DNA of 64,000 nt from positions 3,897,824 to 3,961,823 of the forward strand of contig CAWJNV010000002.1 of assembly GCA_963844325.1 (NCBI GenBank). The letters are read 5' to 3'. The notes below the pieces were generated by a model that did no database searches, was not told the DNA's origin, and worked only from the letters and a program-made list of their open reading frames with translations. The position numbers and the translations under genes were made by a program. This DNA is from an uncultured Sphingobacteriales bacterium (GTDB lineage Bacteria > Bacteroidota > Bacteroidia > Cytophagales > 172606-1). Below, one piece after another: positions 27,901 to 36,311 of the stretch. Each line of letters starts with the position of its first letter. Within the stretch, counting starts at the first letter, position 1.

Positions 27901-29939
27901 CGCTTCCGCGACTTGAGGGTGGCCTTGGCCCCGTTCAACTGGGCGTAAATACCCGAAATGCCGTCGATGATGGCCGTGGTCTGGGTGGAATCGTCGATCT
28001 TGAGGTTGCTCACGATTTCGATGAGCAGGTCGAGTTCCTTGCCGGTGGCGTCGAGTTCGGCTTCGCGTTTCTGGGCGTCGGCCACCTTGGTGATGCCGGG
28101 GATGCCCGCCTGCCGGGTTTCTACTTGCTGCCGGTAGTACTTGAGCGAATCAGGGTTGAGCAGGAAGGTAACCGTGTCGGCAGAGAGTTGCCGGGTCTGG
28201 GCTTCCAGGACTTCTTCCTGGGCGGCCACGACCGCCAGGTCCACGTACCGCAGGTCTTTGAGCGAAATCACCTCGCCGCGCAGCCCGCGCAGCGACGCCA
28301 GGGCCTGCACGAACTTATCGACCTGGTCAAAGGGCGTTTTTTTGATCCCTCCCACCAGGGCTTTTACCTGCCCCACCACCGCGTCGGTCCGGGCCTGCGT
28401 GTTCTTACGCACCCGCACCACCTTTTCGAATTCCTCGATGGCCGACGAGGCGGCGGTACGAATCTCCGCAATGGCCGCATTGAGGTTAAACGCCTCTTCG
28501 GACTTGAGCCAGTAGTAGGTGTCCTGCATGCCGCCGGTCTTTTTCACCAGGTCGGAGTACAAGGTGGCGTACACGTCCTCGCGGCCCACCAGGTTGATCA
28601 CGTCGTGGGCCTCGGCCATGGCCCGCACAATGTCCTTGTTGCCGATCTTGTAGAGGTAGTTGTCGGTGCTCACGGGCGGCACGTAGTCGGCCCCCACGAA
28701 GGGCGTCTGCCACACCTGGATGAGGTGGTTCTTGCCCGGCTCCTCCTGGGAACGGAAGTAGCAGAGTTCGCCGTTGCCGAACAGCGAAAAGCCGTTGCAC
28801 AGCACCGGGTTCTCCACTTTCTGCTCGATGAGGTTGTAGGGCAGCAGCACGTAGGTGCCCGTTTCGAGGTTGTGGAACACGTACAGCACGTCCTCGCCGT
28901 TGGGCGACGGAATGGTTTTTTCGAACTGCATCCCGCCGGGCAGGTTGTCGAACTGCTTCACGCCGCCGCTCTGGAGGTAGTAGCCGTTGGCAAAGAGCAG
29001 GCCCTGGCCGTCGGGCAGCAGCACGCAGGCTTCGCCGATGGCGTCGATGCGGAGGGCCTTTTTGAGCTTGTCGTTGAAAACGATGTAGCGGTAGTCCTTT
29101 TCCTGGTAGGGCCGCACTTTGAGCAGGATCAGGTTGCCCAGGCCCGCGTAGAAAAATTCGGCGTCGTCGAGCGACTGTTCGGCGTGTTCTACTTTTTCGG
29201 AAAAAATACCCTCGCCGGTGTCGGTGTTGTCTTCGACCTTGATGGTGAGGTCGCCGCCGACGGTTTCGACGAAAATGCGGTCTTCGACGGAAATGTGGGG
29301 GTGCTTGCCCTTGCGCTGGTAGTCGCGCCGGGTGCGTTTCCACTCAAATTCCTGCTGGGGCGGGAACTTGAATTCGTGGTCGCTGCGGTTGTCGAGGTAG
29401 TGCAGCCCGTCGCCCTTGATGAGCCACTTAAAGGTTTTGATGTCGCGCACGCCCTTGCCGATGCGGAACACCATGAACAGGTGCGGCCCGATGATGGCAA
29501 ACTTGGTGAAGGTGGTGAGCTTGTAGTACTTGTAGAGTTCTTCTACCTGCCCCTCAAACTCGGCGTTGCGGATCAGGTCGGGGGGTTGCTGGTGGAAGGA
29601 GTGGTCGCCCTTGTCGAACGAGAACACGCTGAACACGTCCGACAGGTCAATTTCTGACTTGAGTCCCAGGTGCACGTTGTAGCCGAAGATGAACAGGCGG
29701 CCCACCGGGATCATGTCCTGGGGAATGCAGTTGTGTTCGGTAACGATCCGGTTGTTGGCAATCAGTTTGGTTTCGATGGAGCCGAATACCTCCTTGCGGG
29801 CCGCGTTGAGCCCTTTGAGCCGGTCGCGCAGGTCACCGGCGTGGCTTTCGAGCCGCTTGCGGATGATCTCGTATGTGCCGCTTTCGAGCTGGACGGCGGG
29901 GGCAGGGGTGGGCAGGGTGGAGGTATCGGTGGCGGCCAT
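24939..29939 (-). CDS. Giant (1666-aa) multidomain P-loop/AAA+ ATPase: N-terminal beta-rich region, long coiled-coil, C-terminal AAA+ module
   Basis: Walker A LLLISPPGYGKTTLMEY; Walker B NVMIYVDDIQH; sensor-1-like VCVVMAGNPY; Arg-containing KIPDMLANRADTYNL. The central ~600 aa is strongly coiled-coil-like. The likely start is ATG at 29939 (MAATDTSTLP). The ORF-track start at 30017 would extend into REP sequence. Confidence 0.7.
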   Translation of the reverse strand: MAATDTSTLPTPAPAVQLESGTYEIIRKRLESHAGDLRDRLKGLNAARKEVFGSIETKLIANNRIVTEHNCIPQDMIPVGRLFIFGYNVHLGLKSEIDLSDVFSVFSFDKGDHSFHQQPPDLIRNAEFEGQVEELYKYYKLTTFTKFAIIGPHLFMVFRIGKGVRDIKTFKWLIKGDGLHYLDNRSDHEFKFPPQQEFEWKRTRRDYQRKGKHPHISVEDRIFVETVGGDLTIKVEDNTDTGEGIFSEKVEHAEQSLDDAEFFYAGLGNLILLKVRPYQEKDYRYIVFNDKLKKALRIDAIGEACVLLPDGQGLLFANGYYLQSGGVKQFDNLPGGMQFEKTIPSPNGEDVLYVFHNLETGTYVLLPYNLIEQKVENPVLCNGFSLFGNGELCYFRSQEEPGKNHLIQVWQTPFVGADYVPPVSTDNYLYKIGNKDIVRAMAEAHDVINLVGREDVYATLYSDLVKKTGGMQDTYYWLKSEEAFNLNAAIAEIRTAASSAIEEFEKVVRVRKNTQARTDAVVGQVKALVGGIKKTPFDQVDKFVQALASLRGLRGEVISLKDLRYVDLAVVAAQEEVLEAQTRQLSADTVTFLLNPDSLKYYRQQVETRQAGIPGITKVADAQKREAELDATGKELDLLIEIVSNLKIDDSTQTTAIIDGISGIYAQLNGAKATLKSRKRDLLGTEAQAEFAAQLKLIAQGIINYLDVCDTPARCDEYLTKLMVQLEELEGRFAEFDEFITLLAGKREETYSAFEAKKQVLTDARNKRAQSLLSAADRILKGIANRVAGFKTVNEINGYFAGDLMIGKVRDIVAQLTAMEDPVKADEIESRLKTIREDAVRQLKDRQDLFVDGQNVIRLGKHAFSVNTQPLDLTILTRDGEMYYHLTGTNFYEPLSHPDLLTNRDLWGQELVSENGDVYRAEYLAYQIYGQATAAPGTGSLPAGHKPAPGDNLSRAQLAGLSGDALLAYVQAYMAPRYVEGYVKGVHDHDAALLLKALLDLDGQIDLLRFAAPARALAALYWQSFVPADRKALLHHQIKGIGVIRKVFPHTRDFGSVLADLRHELETFVAETKLLDPALAGPAADYLFEELTRGDAFIISAEAAGLYEAFHESLHAQGHETTFRQSLAQLEAAPPERFAMARHWVKAFVGQCLTKIEDAADYVDETAALLFLGSFDGGRVVPATTRRTVTGLLGTHPVIRDHAYALHFNAFLARLSGFAGQTVPRYLQFNERKKSLAEGLRKEMRLAEFTPRVLTSFVRNKLIDQLYLPLIGDNLAKQIGVVGAEKRTDLMGMLLLISPPGYGKTTLMEYVANRLGLIFMKINGPAIGHRVTSLDPAEAPNAGAREEMNKLNLAFEMGDNVMIYVDDIQHCNPEFLQKFISLCDGQRRIEGVYQGKPKTYDLRGKKVCVVMAGNPYTESGEKFKIPDMLANRADTYNLGDIIGDTESIFKLSYIENCLTANPALNKLLTRSQKDIYTLIKLAETDSQDGLEFDAGYAAEELNEYVAVLKKLFVVRDFILRNNLQYIHSAAQADEFRTEPPFKLQGSYRNMNKIAGKVVAIMNEAELRTLILSHYENEAQTLTTGAEANLLKFKELNGLLTEEEKARWTEIKTTFRKNQQFKGLASGDQMGQLMVQLSTLGEGLNAIREVIAEGVRKPGSGLTRLKD

Positions 29940-29954
29940 TGGAATTACTGGTTG

Positions 29955-30060
29955 ATATTTGGGATAGGGTTGAAACCCTATCCTATGGATATTGGGCGCA
30001 GAAGCTTGTATCTTCAACCATCTCGTTGGTAGGATAGGGTTTCAACACTATCCTACTGAT
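29955..30060. repeat. REP-like palindromic units (ggatagggtt-aaaccctatcc) downstream of RAYT gene
   Basis: gggatagggttgaaaccctatcctatgg and ggtaggatagggtttcaacactatcctactg are separated by ggatattgggcgcagaagcttg. Confidence 0.75.
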
Positions 30061-30075
30061 CGGAGACGGTGGGGG

Positions 30076-30516
30076 CTACGGTTCAATGCCAAGGGGAATA
30101 ATGGATGTCCTCAGCGATTCGAGTTCGGCTTCGAAGCCTACCGTTTTGTGGTGCGTCTCCTGGTTCTTGATGTAATTCCGCACGCGTTGTACGTTGGATG
30201 GGCTTACTGAAAAAGCGGCGTAACCATCCTGCCACTCGAATGGCCCCTCCATCAAGCCTTGCCGGTTCAGCCAGTGGGACGAAGCACCTTTGATGTTTTT
30301 GGCAATCTGGCTGATTGAAAGACTGGGCGGCACCGAAAACAGGCAGTGTACGTGATCCTCCACGCCGTTGATGAAATCCAGCTGATACCCCTTCTGCGCC
30401 GCGATGATCCTGATCTGTTTATACAAGGGAATGCGAATTGACTTGTGCAAGATGGGCTCCCGGTTCTTGGTTGCCCAGATCAGGTGAACCCAGAGTGCAG
30501 TAAAAGTTTGTGGCAT
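30076..30516 (-). CDS. IS200/IS605-like Y1 (HUH) transposase, REP-associated tyrosine transposase (RAYT)
   Basis: MPQTFTALWVHLIWATKNREPIL...EDHVHCLFSVPP (HuH motif)...conserved Tyr region (QDGYAAFSV). It is about 147 aa and flanked on both sides by inverted REP clusters. Confidence 0.8.
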   Translation of the reverse strand: MPQTFTALWVHLIWATKNREPILHKSIRIPLYKQIRIIAAQKGYQLDFINGVEDHVHCLFSVPPSLSISQIAKNIKGASSHWLNRQGLMEGPFEWQDGYAAFSVSPSNVQRVRNYIKNQETHHKTVGFEAELESLRTSIIPLGIEP

Positions 30517-30609
30517 TTGCAGGAATAGAAAAGAGTTTGGAACAAGGTTTTGACCCTGTTTCATTCATTAAAGCGAACGTTGAAAAGAAGGAGTCGAATG
30601 TGCTGTGAT

Positions 30610-30880
30610 TGAGTAGGATAGGGTTCGGGGAATAGGAATAGGGTTTGGATATGGGATAGGGTTAAAACCCTATCCTATGGATATTGGGGAGGAAGCTTGC
30701 TAGGTTGGTCATAGCTCAGGTAGGATAGCAGGATAGGGTTTAAACCCTATCCTGCCAATGGGCAAATTGAACCCGCGAACCCAATATCCATAGGATAGGG
30801 TTTTAACCCTATCCCATATCCAAACCCTATCCAAAAAAAACATCCCGCCAACGCTACTCGCCCCGAACCCTATTCCCCAA
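30610..30880. repeat. REP/BIME-like cluster (ggatagggtt-aaaccctatcc units) upstream of RAYT gene
   Basis: At least four units: gggatagggttaaaaccctatcctatgg, caggatagggtttaaaccctatcctg, ataggatagggttttaaccctatcc and others. The same spacer motif ggatattggg..gaagcttg occurs as in the downstream cluster. Confidence 0.8.
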
Positions 30881-30892
30881 ATCCCCCCAGCC

Positions 30893-33109
30893 CTACAACA
30901 CCGACGTCGCCTTCCGTTCCGAAATTCCGCTCTTCTCGGCCGTATCCAGCAATTCGGCCAGCACGCCGCGGAGGCCGTCGTCGTGGGTCATCGTGATCAT
31001 TTTCACGATCAGGGCCGAGATCGTCAGGTTCTTGATGTCCTCCGATTTGAGGTTGAACTGGCCGACGAACTTCTTGAGGTTGTCGCCCAGGCTCACGTCC
31101 TTGCCGTTGGCGTCCTTGCCGTTGCCGTTGCCGAGCAGGGCCGTCTTCACGCCCTTGATCACTTCGCTATTGTTGACGAAGCTGTCCACCGACTTGCCCT
31201 TGGTGATGGCACCCATGATGTTTTCGTAGAACATCGTTTCGCCGCCCACGATGCTGATGTTGGAAGCCTTCAGCGCCTCGCTGATCACGCTGGCCTGGGC
31301 GTTGGCAATGTCCTTCTGAATGTTGATCTGGGCCAGGGCAATGTCGGTTTCCTGCTGCACGCGCAGCTTGAACTCCTCGTGCTCCTTGCCCACCCCGTCG
31401 AGCTTTTTCATGGCGTTGGCTTTGGCTTCGATGCCCAGGGCGTCGGCCAGGCCCTTCTTCTCGCGGACGTTGGCTTCGGCCAGGCCTTCTTTTTCGAGGG
31501 CTTCGGCTTTCGATTGCGTTACCTTGGCTTCGGCCAGGCCCTTCTTCTCCAGCACGCCGGCCTCCACCAGTCCTTTCTTTTCCATGACCCCGGCTTCCAC
31601 AAGGCCCTGCTTTTCGTCCGCTTCAATTTCGGCCTGCCGCTTCACTTTGATGCCGGTGGCTTCGGCAATGGCCCGCTTTTCGATGATGACCGCGTCCACC
31701 AGGCCCTGCTTTTCGTTGGCGTCGGCCTTGGCTTCCAGCACCCGTACTTCGGCCAGCCCCTTGGCGGCTTCTTCCTTTACCCGGGCGTCGGCCAGGAGCT
31801 TCTTGGCTTCGGCCGTCTTTTCGGCGGCCTGCCGGTCGGCGTTGGCCTGGATGATGGATTGTTCGGCGCGTAGTTCGGCGGACCGCTTGTCGGCTTCGGC
31901 CGACTTGATCTGCTGCACGAGGGCTTCTTCGGCGACTTGCTCGGCGTGCTTGATGGCCACCGACTTTTCGCGTTCGGCCGTGGCAAAGGCCCGGGCGTCT
32001 TTGATGAGTTCTTCTTCCACCACCACGGCCTTTTCCACCACTACGCGTTCGCGGATCACTTCCTGGATGTTCTTGCGTTCTTCTTCGAGGGCTTTTTCTT
32101 TTTCAATGCGGGCCAGTTCCACGATGCGTTCCCGTTCGTTGGCTTCGAGCATCTGTTCGCGTTTCACCCGTTCGTTTTCCACGGCCTCGGTTTTCTCCTT
32201 GCTCTTCTGGGCCACCACGATCTGGCGCAGCTTGTTCTGCTCGGCCACCTGGAGTTCTTCTTCCGTCTGGATGCGGGCCCGTTGCGATTTAAGCCGTTCT
32301 TCCTGGGTAACTTTCTCGGTTTCGGCTTCTTCGCGGGCTTTGATGGAGGCAATTTCCCGCTTCTGCTTTTCTTCCTTTTCGGCCAGCTGCTTGTTGAGTT
32401 CGAGGATGGCTTCGCGGGCCTCCACGTTCTGCTTGGTGATCACTTTTTCCTCCTCGCGGCGGATCAGGTTGGCCTTGATCTTCTGCTGGGCGGTGAGTTC
32501 GGTGATCTTCTTGATGCCTTCCGAGTCGAGGATGTTGTCGGCGTTGAGGAAGGTGATGGGCGTCTGTTCGAGGTAGTCGATGGCGCAGTCGTCGAGCACG
32601 TAGCCGTTGAGGTCGCGGCCGATGGCTTCGAGGATTTCGTTCTTGAACTTCTCGCGGGAGTCGTAGAGTTCCACGAAGTCGAACCGTTTGCCCACGGTTT
32701 TGAGGGCTTCGGAGAACTTGGCTTCGAAGAGTTGCACCATCTGGCCGGGGTCGGAGGCCCGGGCGCAGCCGATGGACTGGGCTACTTTCTCCACGTCTTC
32801 CTTGGTTTTGTTGACCCGCACGAAGAACGCCACCTTGATGTCGGCCCGCATGTTGTCCTTGCAGATGAGGCCTTCCTTGCCCACGCGGTTGATCTCAATG
32901 CTCTTGAGGGAGGTCTCCATGATTTCGAGCTTGTGCAGCACCGGAAACACGAACATGCCGTTGAAGCTCACGGTCAGGTCGCCGAAGCCGGTACGCACCA
33001 GGGCGGCACCCTGCTGTACTTTCTTGTAACAGTTGAAAATCAGGGCAATGAAGCCGAACAGGAACACGGCCAGGATGACCGTAACCGCAATGGTAAGATT
33101 TGCAAGCAT
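30893..33109 (-). CDS. Flotillin / SPFH (band 7) domain protein, YqiK-like, with long coiled-coil and EA-repeat region
   Basis: 738 aa. It has an N-terminal TM helix, then an SPFH domain (ALVRTGFGDLTVSFNGMFVFPVLHKLEIM...) and extended E/A/K-rich coiled-coil with flotillin-type repeats. Confidence 0.8.
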   Translation of the reverse strand: MLANLTIAVTVILAVFLFGFIALIFNCYKKVQQGAALVRTGFGDLTVSFNGMFVFPVLHKLEIMETSLKSIEINRVGKEGLICKDNMRADIKVAFFVRVNKTKEDVEKVAQSIGCARASDPGQMVQLFEAKFSEALKTVGKRFDFVELYDSREKFKNEILEAIGRDLNGYVLDDCAIDYLEQTPITFLNADNILDSEGIKKITELTAQQKIKANLIRREEEKVITKQNVEAREAILELNKQLAEKEEKQKREIASIKAREEAETEKVTQEERLKSQRARIQTEEELQVAEQNKLRQIVVAQKSKEKTEAVENERVKREQMLEANERERIVELARIEKEKALEEERKNIQEVIRERVVVEKAVVVEEELIKDARAFATAEREKSVAIKHAEQVAEEALVQQIKSAEADKRSAELRAEQSIIQANADRQAAEKTAEAKKLLADARVKEEAAKGLAEVRVLEAKADANEKQGLVDAVIIEKRAIAEATGIKVKRQAEIEADEKQGLVEAGVMEKKGLVEAGVLEKKGLAEAKVTQSKAEALEKEGLAEANVREKKGLADALGIEAKANAMKKLDGVGKEHEEFKLRVQQETDIALAQINIQKDIANAQASVISEALKASNISIVGGETMFYENIMGAITKGKSVDSFVNNSEVIKGVKTALLGNGNGKDANGKDVSLGDNLKKFVGQFNLKSEDIKNLTISALIVKMITMTHDDGLRGVLAELLDTAEKSGISERKATSVL

Positions 33110-33111
33110 AG

Positions 33112-33278
33112 CGTATGGGAAAATGGAATTTGATTGCTCGAAGGGAATGGTACACGGGATAATGGTGCACTGATTGGTTATGATGATTATGGTTTATTAT
33201 GATCTTTTCTCCGAACCCTTTTTTAAATCAGTCCCAATCATACTCATCATAATCAATCCGTGTACCATCAAACGGGTA
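33112..33278. repeat. 8-bp-word palindrome (gattatga family) inside the yqiJ-flotillin operon
   Basis: ggtacacgggataatggtgcactgattggttatgatgattatggtttattatgatc ... cataatcaatccgtgtaccatcaaacgggtac. A second copy of this family is at 51565-51698. Confidence 0.7.
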
Positions 33279-33935
33279 CTATTTAACCAGCGTACTGTCG
33301 CCGGTGTCGTAGGGCTCAATGAGAAAAGTGTGGTCTTTTTTATCGTAGTCGATGATCAGTCCTTTTTCGCCGCGGGCCATGCGGTTGCCGGCGGTGGTAC
33401 GTACGGTGAGCAGGAGGGGGGCTCCGCGCTGAATGGGCACTTCGGCCTGCCCGATCTTTTTGTCATTGACCGGCAGCACCACCGTACACGTCCGGCCGAT
33501 CACCTGTTGGTTGCCTGCCACCTCGTTGGGGTCTTCGCGAAAAATCCACTTGAGGGGGCTGGTGACCAGTTTGGTCAGGAGCAGGCTCACCAGCAGGTTG
33601 GGTACCAAGAGCAGCAGGCTCATCCACGCGGGACCGGGCAGGTAGTAGTTGCCCAGGATGGCGCCCACCCACAGGAACAGGGACGTGAAGCTGATCAGGA
33701 TCATGAAGGGCACCGAGCCTACGTTGAAAAAGGCCAGCACCACGCCCCACCAGCCCGCCTGGAGGTCCACCTCCACGTTGACGCCTTTGTCTACGTGCAG
33801 GTCGTGATGGATCTGGAACTGTCCCAGGTCGAGCACCCCCACGATGACCGAAGCCCAGTACAGCAGCACCAGGATCAGCAGGAGCGTAAAGGGAATGTTC
33901 ACCGGCGCGAAAGCGAAGTGTAGCAGTTCAATCAT
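33279..33935 (-). CDS. NfeD-like/YqiJ-family inner-membrane protein (TM helices + C-terminal OB-fold)
   Basis: 218 aa. It has multiple TM helices, then VIGRTCTVVLPVNDKKIGQAEVPIQRGAPLLLTVRT (an NfeD short-form OB domain). This is the usual partner of flotillin (the yqiJ-yqiK arrangement). Confidence 0.65.
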   Translation of the reverse strand: MIELLHFAFAPVNIPFTLLLILVLLYWASVIVGVLDLGQFQIHHDLHVDKGVNVEVDLQAGWWGVVLAFFNVGSVPFMILISFTSLFLWVGAILGNYYLPGPAWMSLLLLVPNLLVSLLLTKLVTSPLKWIFREDPNEVAGNQQVIGRTCTVVLPVNDKKIGQAEVPIQRGAPLLLTVRTTAGNRMARGEKGLIIDYDKKDHTFLIEPYDTGDSTLVK

Positions 33936-34115
33936 ACGCTTGGGAGTAGAGTAGGCGGGGGGTAAAAACAGGGGTCACGGTAAAATGGACAAATAAAAGC
34001 TTTTCCGCGATCACAGTTCAGGCAATGGCAGGCAATACCTTACAGGCGGCCTTTTTTATCCTTGATGGCAGGCCGGGCGGATCGTAACCCTAAGGTAATC
34101 AAAAAATTATTCGTG

Positions 34116-34478
34116 TCAATCCTCCGGGTAGGGCAGGAACACAAAATTGGTAAAATCGTAATCTATTACGAAAAGGCAGCAGTATTCGTCGGGGTCCTTA
34201 TACGCCGCCTTGAAGGCTTCCTGGTCTTCCACCAGGCCGCGCTGCACGAATTCGTCGAGGAAAGAGGCGTAGAAGTTCCATTCCAGCTTCAGGTCGCGCC
34301 GGTGGATGAGCAGCTGGCCGGTGACTTGTTCCACCCGGCTGATGGGAAAAACGGGATAATCTGAAAAGCCCCGCTTGCGGATGGCGTACGAGGCTTCCTT
34401 CAACGTGTCGGACACCACCACGAAGTCCTTGGTAATGGTGCCCAGGTATTTGCCGTTCAGTTCGGGATCGTTGACCAT
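34116..34478 (-). CDS. Hypothetical protein (120 aa), immediately upstream of yqiJ-like gene
   Basis: ORF with no motifs recognised. Its start codon abuts the palindrome at 34479. Confidence 0.35.
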   Translation of the reverse strand: MVNDPELNGKYLGTITKDFVVVSDTLKEASYAIRKRGFSDYPVFPISRVEQVTGQLLIHRRDLKLEWNFYASFLDEFVQRGLVEDQEAFKAAYKDPDEYCCLFVIDYDFTNFVFLPYPED

Positions 34479-34612
34479 TGGGTTGTATGGTTAAAGGGCT
34501 ATATGGTTAAGTGTTGAATGGCTGTATGGTTGATTGTTGGGGCTGGTGCAGGCGTAAGCAAAACCATTCAGCCATGTGACCATACAGCCATTCAACAATC
34601 AACCATACACCT
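34479..34612. repeat. 8-bp-word palindrome (CCATNNNN family) with related core
   Basis: ggttgtatggttaaagggctatatggttaagtgttgaatggctgtatgg...ggggctggtgcaggcg...ccattcagccatgtgaccatacagccattcaacaatcaaccataca. Confidence 0.7.
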
Positions 34613-34613
34613 C

Positions 34614-36029
34614 CTAACTCCTTAACTCCAGAAGTGCTACGTTTTCGACATGGTACGTGTGCGGGAACATGTCCACGGGTTGTACGTCTTTTACGGCGTA
34701 CCGGGCGTCGAGGATGGCCAGGTCGCGGGCCTGCGTGGCCGGGTTGCAGCTCACGTACACAATGCGTTGCGGGGCGGCCCTGAGCAGCATCCGGGTCACG
34801 GCCTCGTCCATGCCGGCGCGGGGCGGGTCGGTAATCACCACGTCGGGGCGGCCGTGGGTGTCGAGGAAGTCGTCGGTGAGCAGGTCCTTGATGTCGCCGG
34901 CGAAAAACTGCGCGTTGGCAATGCCGTTGATCTGGGCGTTCACCCTGGCGTCGGCAATGGCCATGGGCACGTATTCGAGGCCGACCACCTTTTGCGCCTG
35001 CCGGGCCACGAAGTTGGCAATGGTACCGGTACCCGTGTAGAGGTCGTACACGGTTTCGTGGCCCTGCAAGCCGGCGAAGGAACGGGCAATCTGGTAGAGT
35101 TCGTAGGCCTGCGCGGCGTTGGGCTGGTAAAACGACTTGGGTCCCACCCGGAACTCGAGGTCCTCCATCCGTTCGGTGATGTAGGGCTGGCCGTGGAAGG
35201 GTTTCACCTCCAGGTCCTGGAAGGTGTCGTTGCCCTTGTTGTTGACCACGTACTGGAGCGAAGTGATTTCCGGGAACCGGTCGCGCAGGTGCACCAGCAG
35301 CCCTTCGAGCCATTCCCACCGGTCGTAGGCCACCTGCACGATCACCATCACTTCGCCCGTAAGGGTGGTGCGCACCACCAGGTTGCGCACGAAGCCTTCC
35401 CAGGTGACCGGGTCGTAGAACGGCAGCTTATGGGCCCGGGCGTAGTCGCGGGCGGCCAGCCGGATGGCGTTGGAAGGGTCGGGTTGCAGGTAGCAGTGCT
35501 CCACGTCCACGATCTTGTCGAAGCGGCGCGGCACGTGGAAGCCCAGGGCCGACCGTTCCAGGTCTTCGCGGACGGCCATTTCGGCCGGGGTGAGCCAGCG
35601 GTTTGACGAAAACGTGAATTCGAGCTTGTTGCGGTAGTAGGTGGTGCGGGCCGAGGCCCGGATGGGCCGGATGGGCGGCAGGGCCACCTTGGCAATGCGG
35701 GTGAGGCTGTCCACCACCTGCTGGTGCTTGTAGCCGAGCTGGGCCTCGTAGGTGATGTGCTGCCACTTGCAGCCGCCGCACACGCCGAAGTGCTGGCAGA
35801 ACGGCTCGGTCCGCACGTCGGAGTACTGGTGGTAGGCCACCGGCACGCCCTCGGCGAAGTTCTTCTTCTTGCGGGTCAGCCGCACGTCCACCACGTCGCC
35901 GGGGGCCGCCGTGTCGCCGTCCAGGAACACGACCATGTCTTCGTGACGGGCCAGGCATTTCCCCTCGGCCGCCACGGCGCTGACGGTGAGTTTCTCGAGT
36001 ACGGGTAAGGCTTTCTTGTTTTTTCTCAT
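34614..36029 (-). CDS. rlmD: 23S rRNA (uracil-C5)-methyltransferase RlmD/RumA (TRAM + Fe-S + SAM MTase)
   Basis: Start MRKNKKALP.  The Cys cluster (CQHFGVCGGCKWQH), the SAM motif (VYDLYTGTGTIANFVA) and the catalytic DPPRAG...C nucleophile region are all present. Confidence 0.8.
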   Translation of the reverse strand: MRKNKKALPVLEKLTVSAVAAEGKCLARHEDMVVFLDGDTAAPGDVVDVRLTRKKKNFAEGVPVAYHQYSDVRTEPFCQHFGVCGGCKWQHITYEAQLGYKHQQVVDSLTRIAKVALPPIRPIRASARTTYYRNKLEFTFSSNRWLTPAEMAVREDLERSALGFHVPRRFDKIVDVEHCYLQPDPSNAIRLAARDYARAHKLPFYDPVTWEGFVRNLVVRTTLTGEVMVIVQVAYDRWEWLEGLLVHLRDRFPEITSLQYVVNNKGNDTFQDLEVKPFHGQPYITERMEDLEFRVGPKSFYQPNAAQAYELYQIARSFAGLQGHETVYDLYTGTGTIANFVARQAQKVVGLEYVPMAIADARVNAQINGIANAQFFAGDIKDLLTDDFLDTHGRPDVVITDPPRAGMDEAVTRMLLRAAPQRIVYVSCNPATQARDLAILDARYAVKDVQPVDMFPHTYHVENVALLELRS

Positions 36030-36311
36030 ACGGGGCCGCAAAGGTACGAAATGCGGCCGTTTCTGACCCCGTTTCGCCGGCAGGAGGCCCGGCGCCGCGG
36101 GGTGGGGCGGCGGGGCCCGGGTCCAGAAAATATGCAAGAATGCTTTCACTTAATCGTGCTTTTATTTAATTTTAGCAGGAGCCCGCTTTCCCCGCCCGCC
36201 ATTCCGGCCGGAAAGCCGTGGTTTTCAGCCAAAACATTTCGTACCCAATCTTAAAAATCCTTACGGGTGTACCTTTTGGGGTGCTCCTTTACGACCTGAG
36301 AGGAGAACATT

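Noticed and set aside
25035-29657. 1540-aa ORF on the + strand
   Set aside because: It is antisense to the giant ATPase gene. Its translation is Gly/Arg/Val-rich and low-complexity, typical of a high-GC antisense frame with no stops. The minus-strand frame carries clear Walker motifs.
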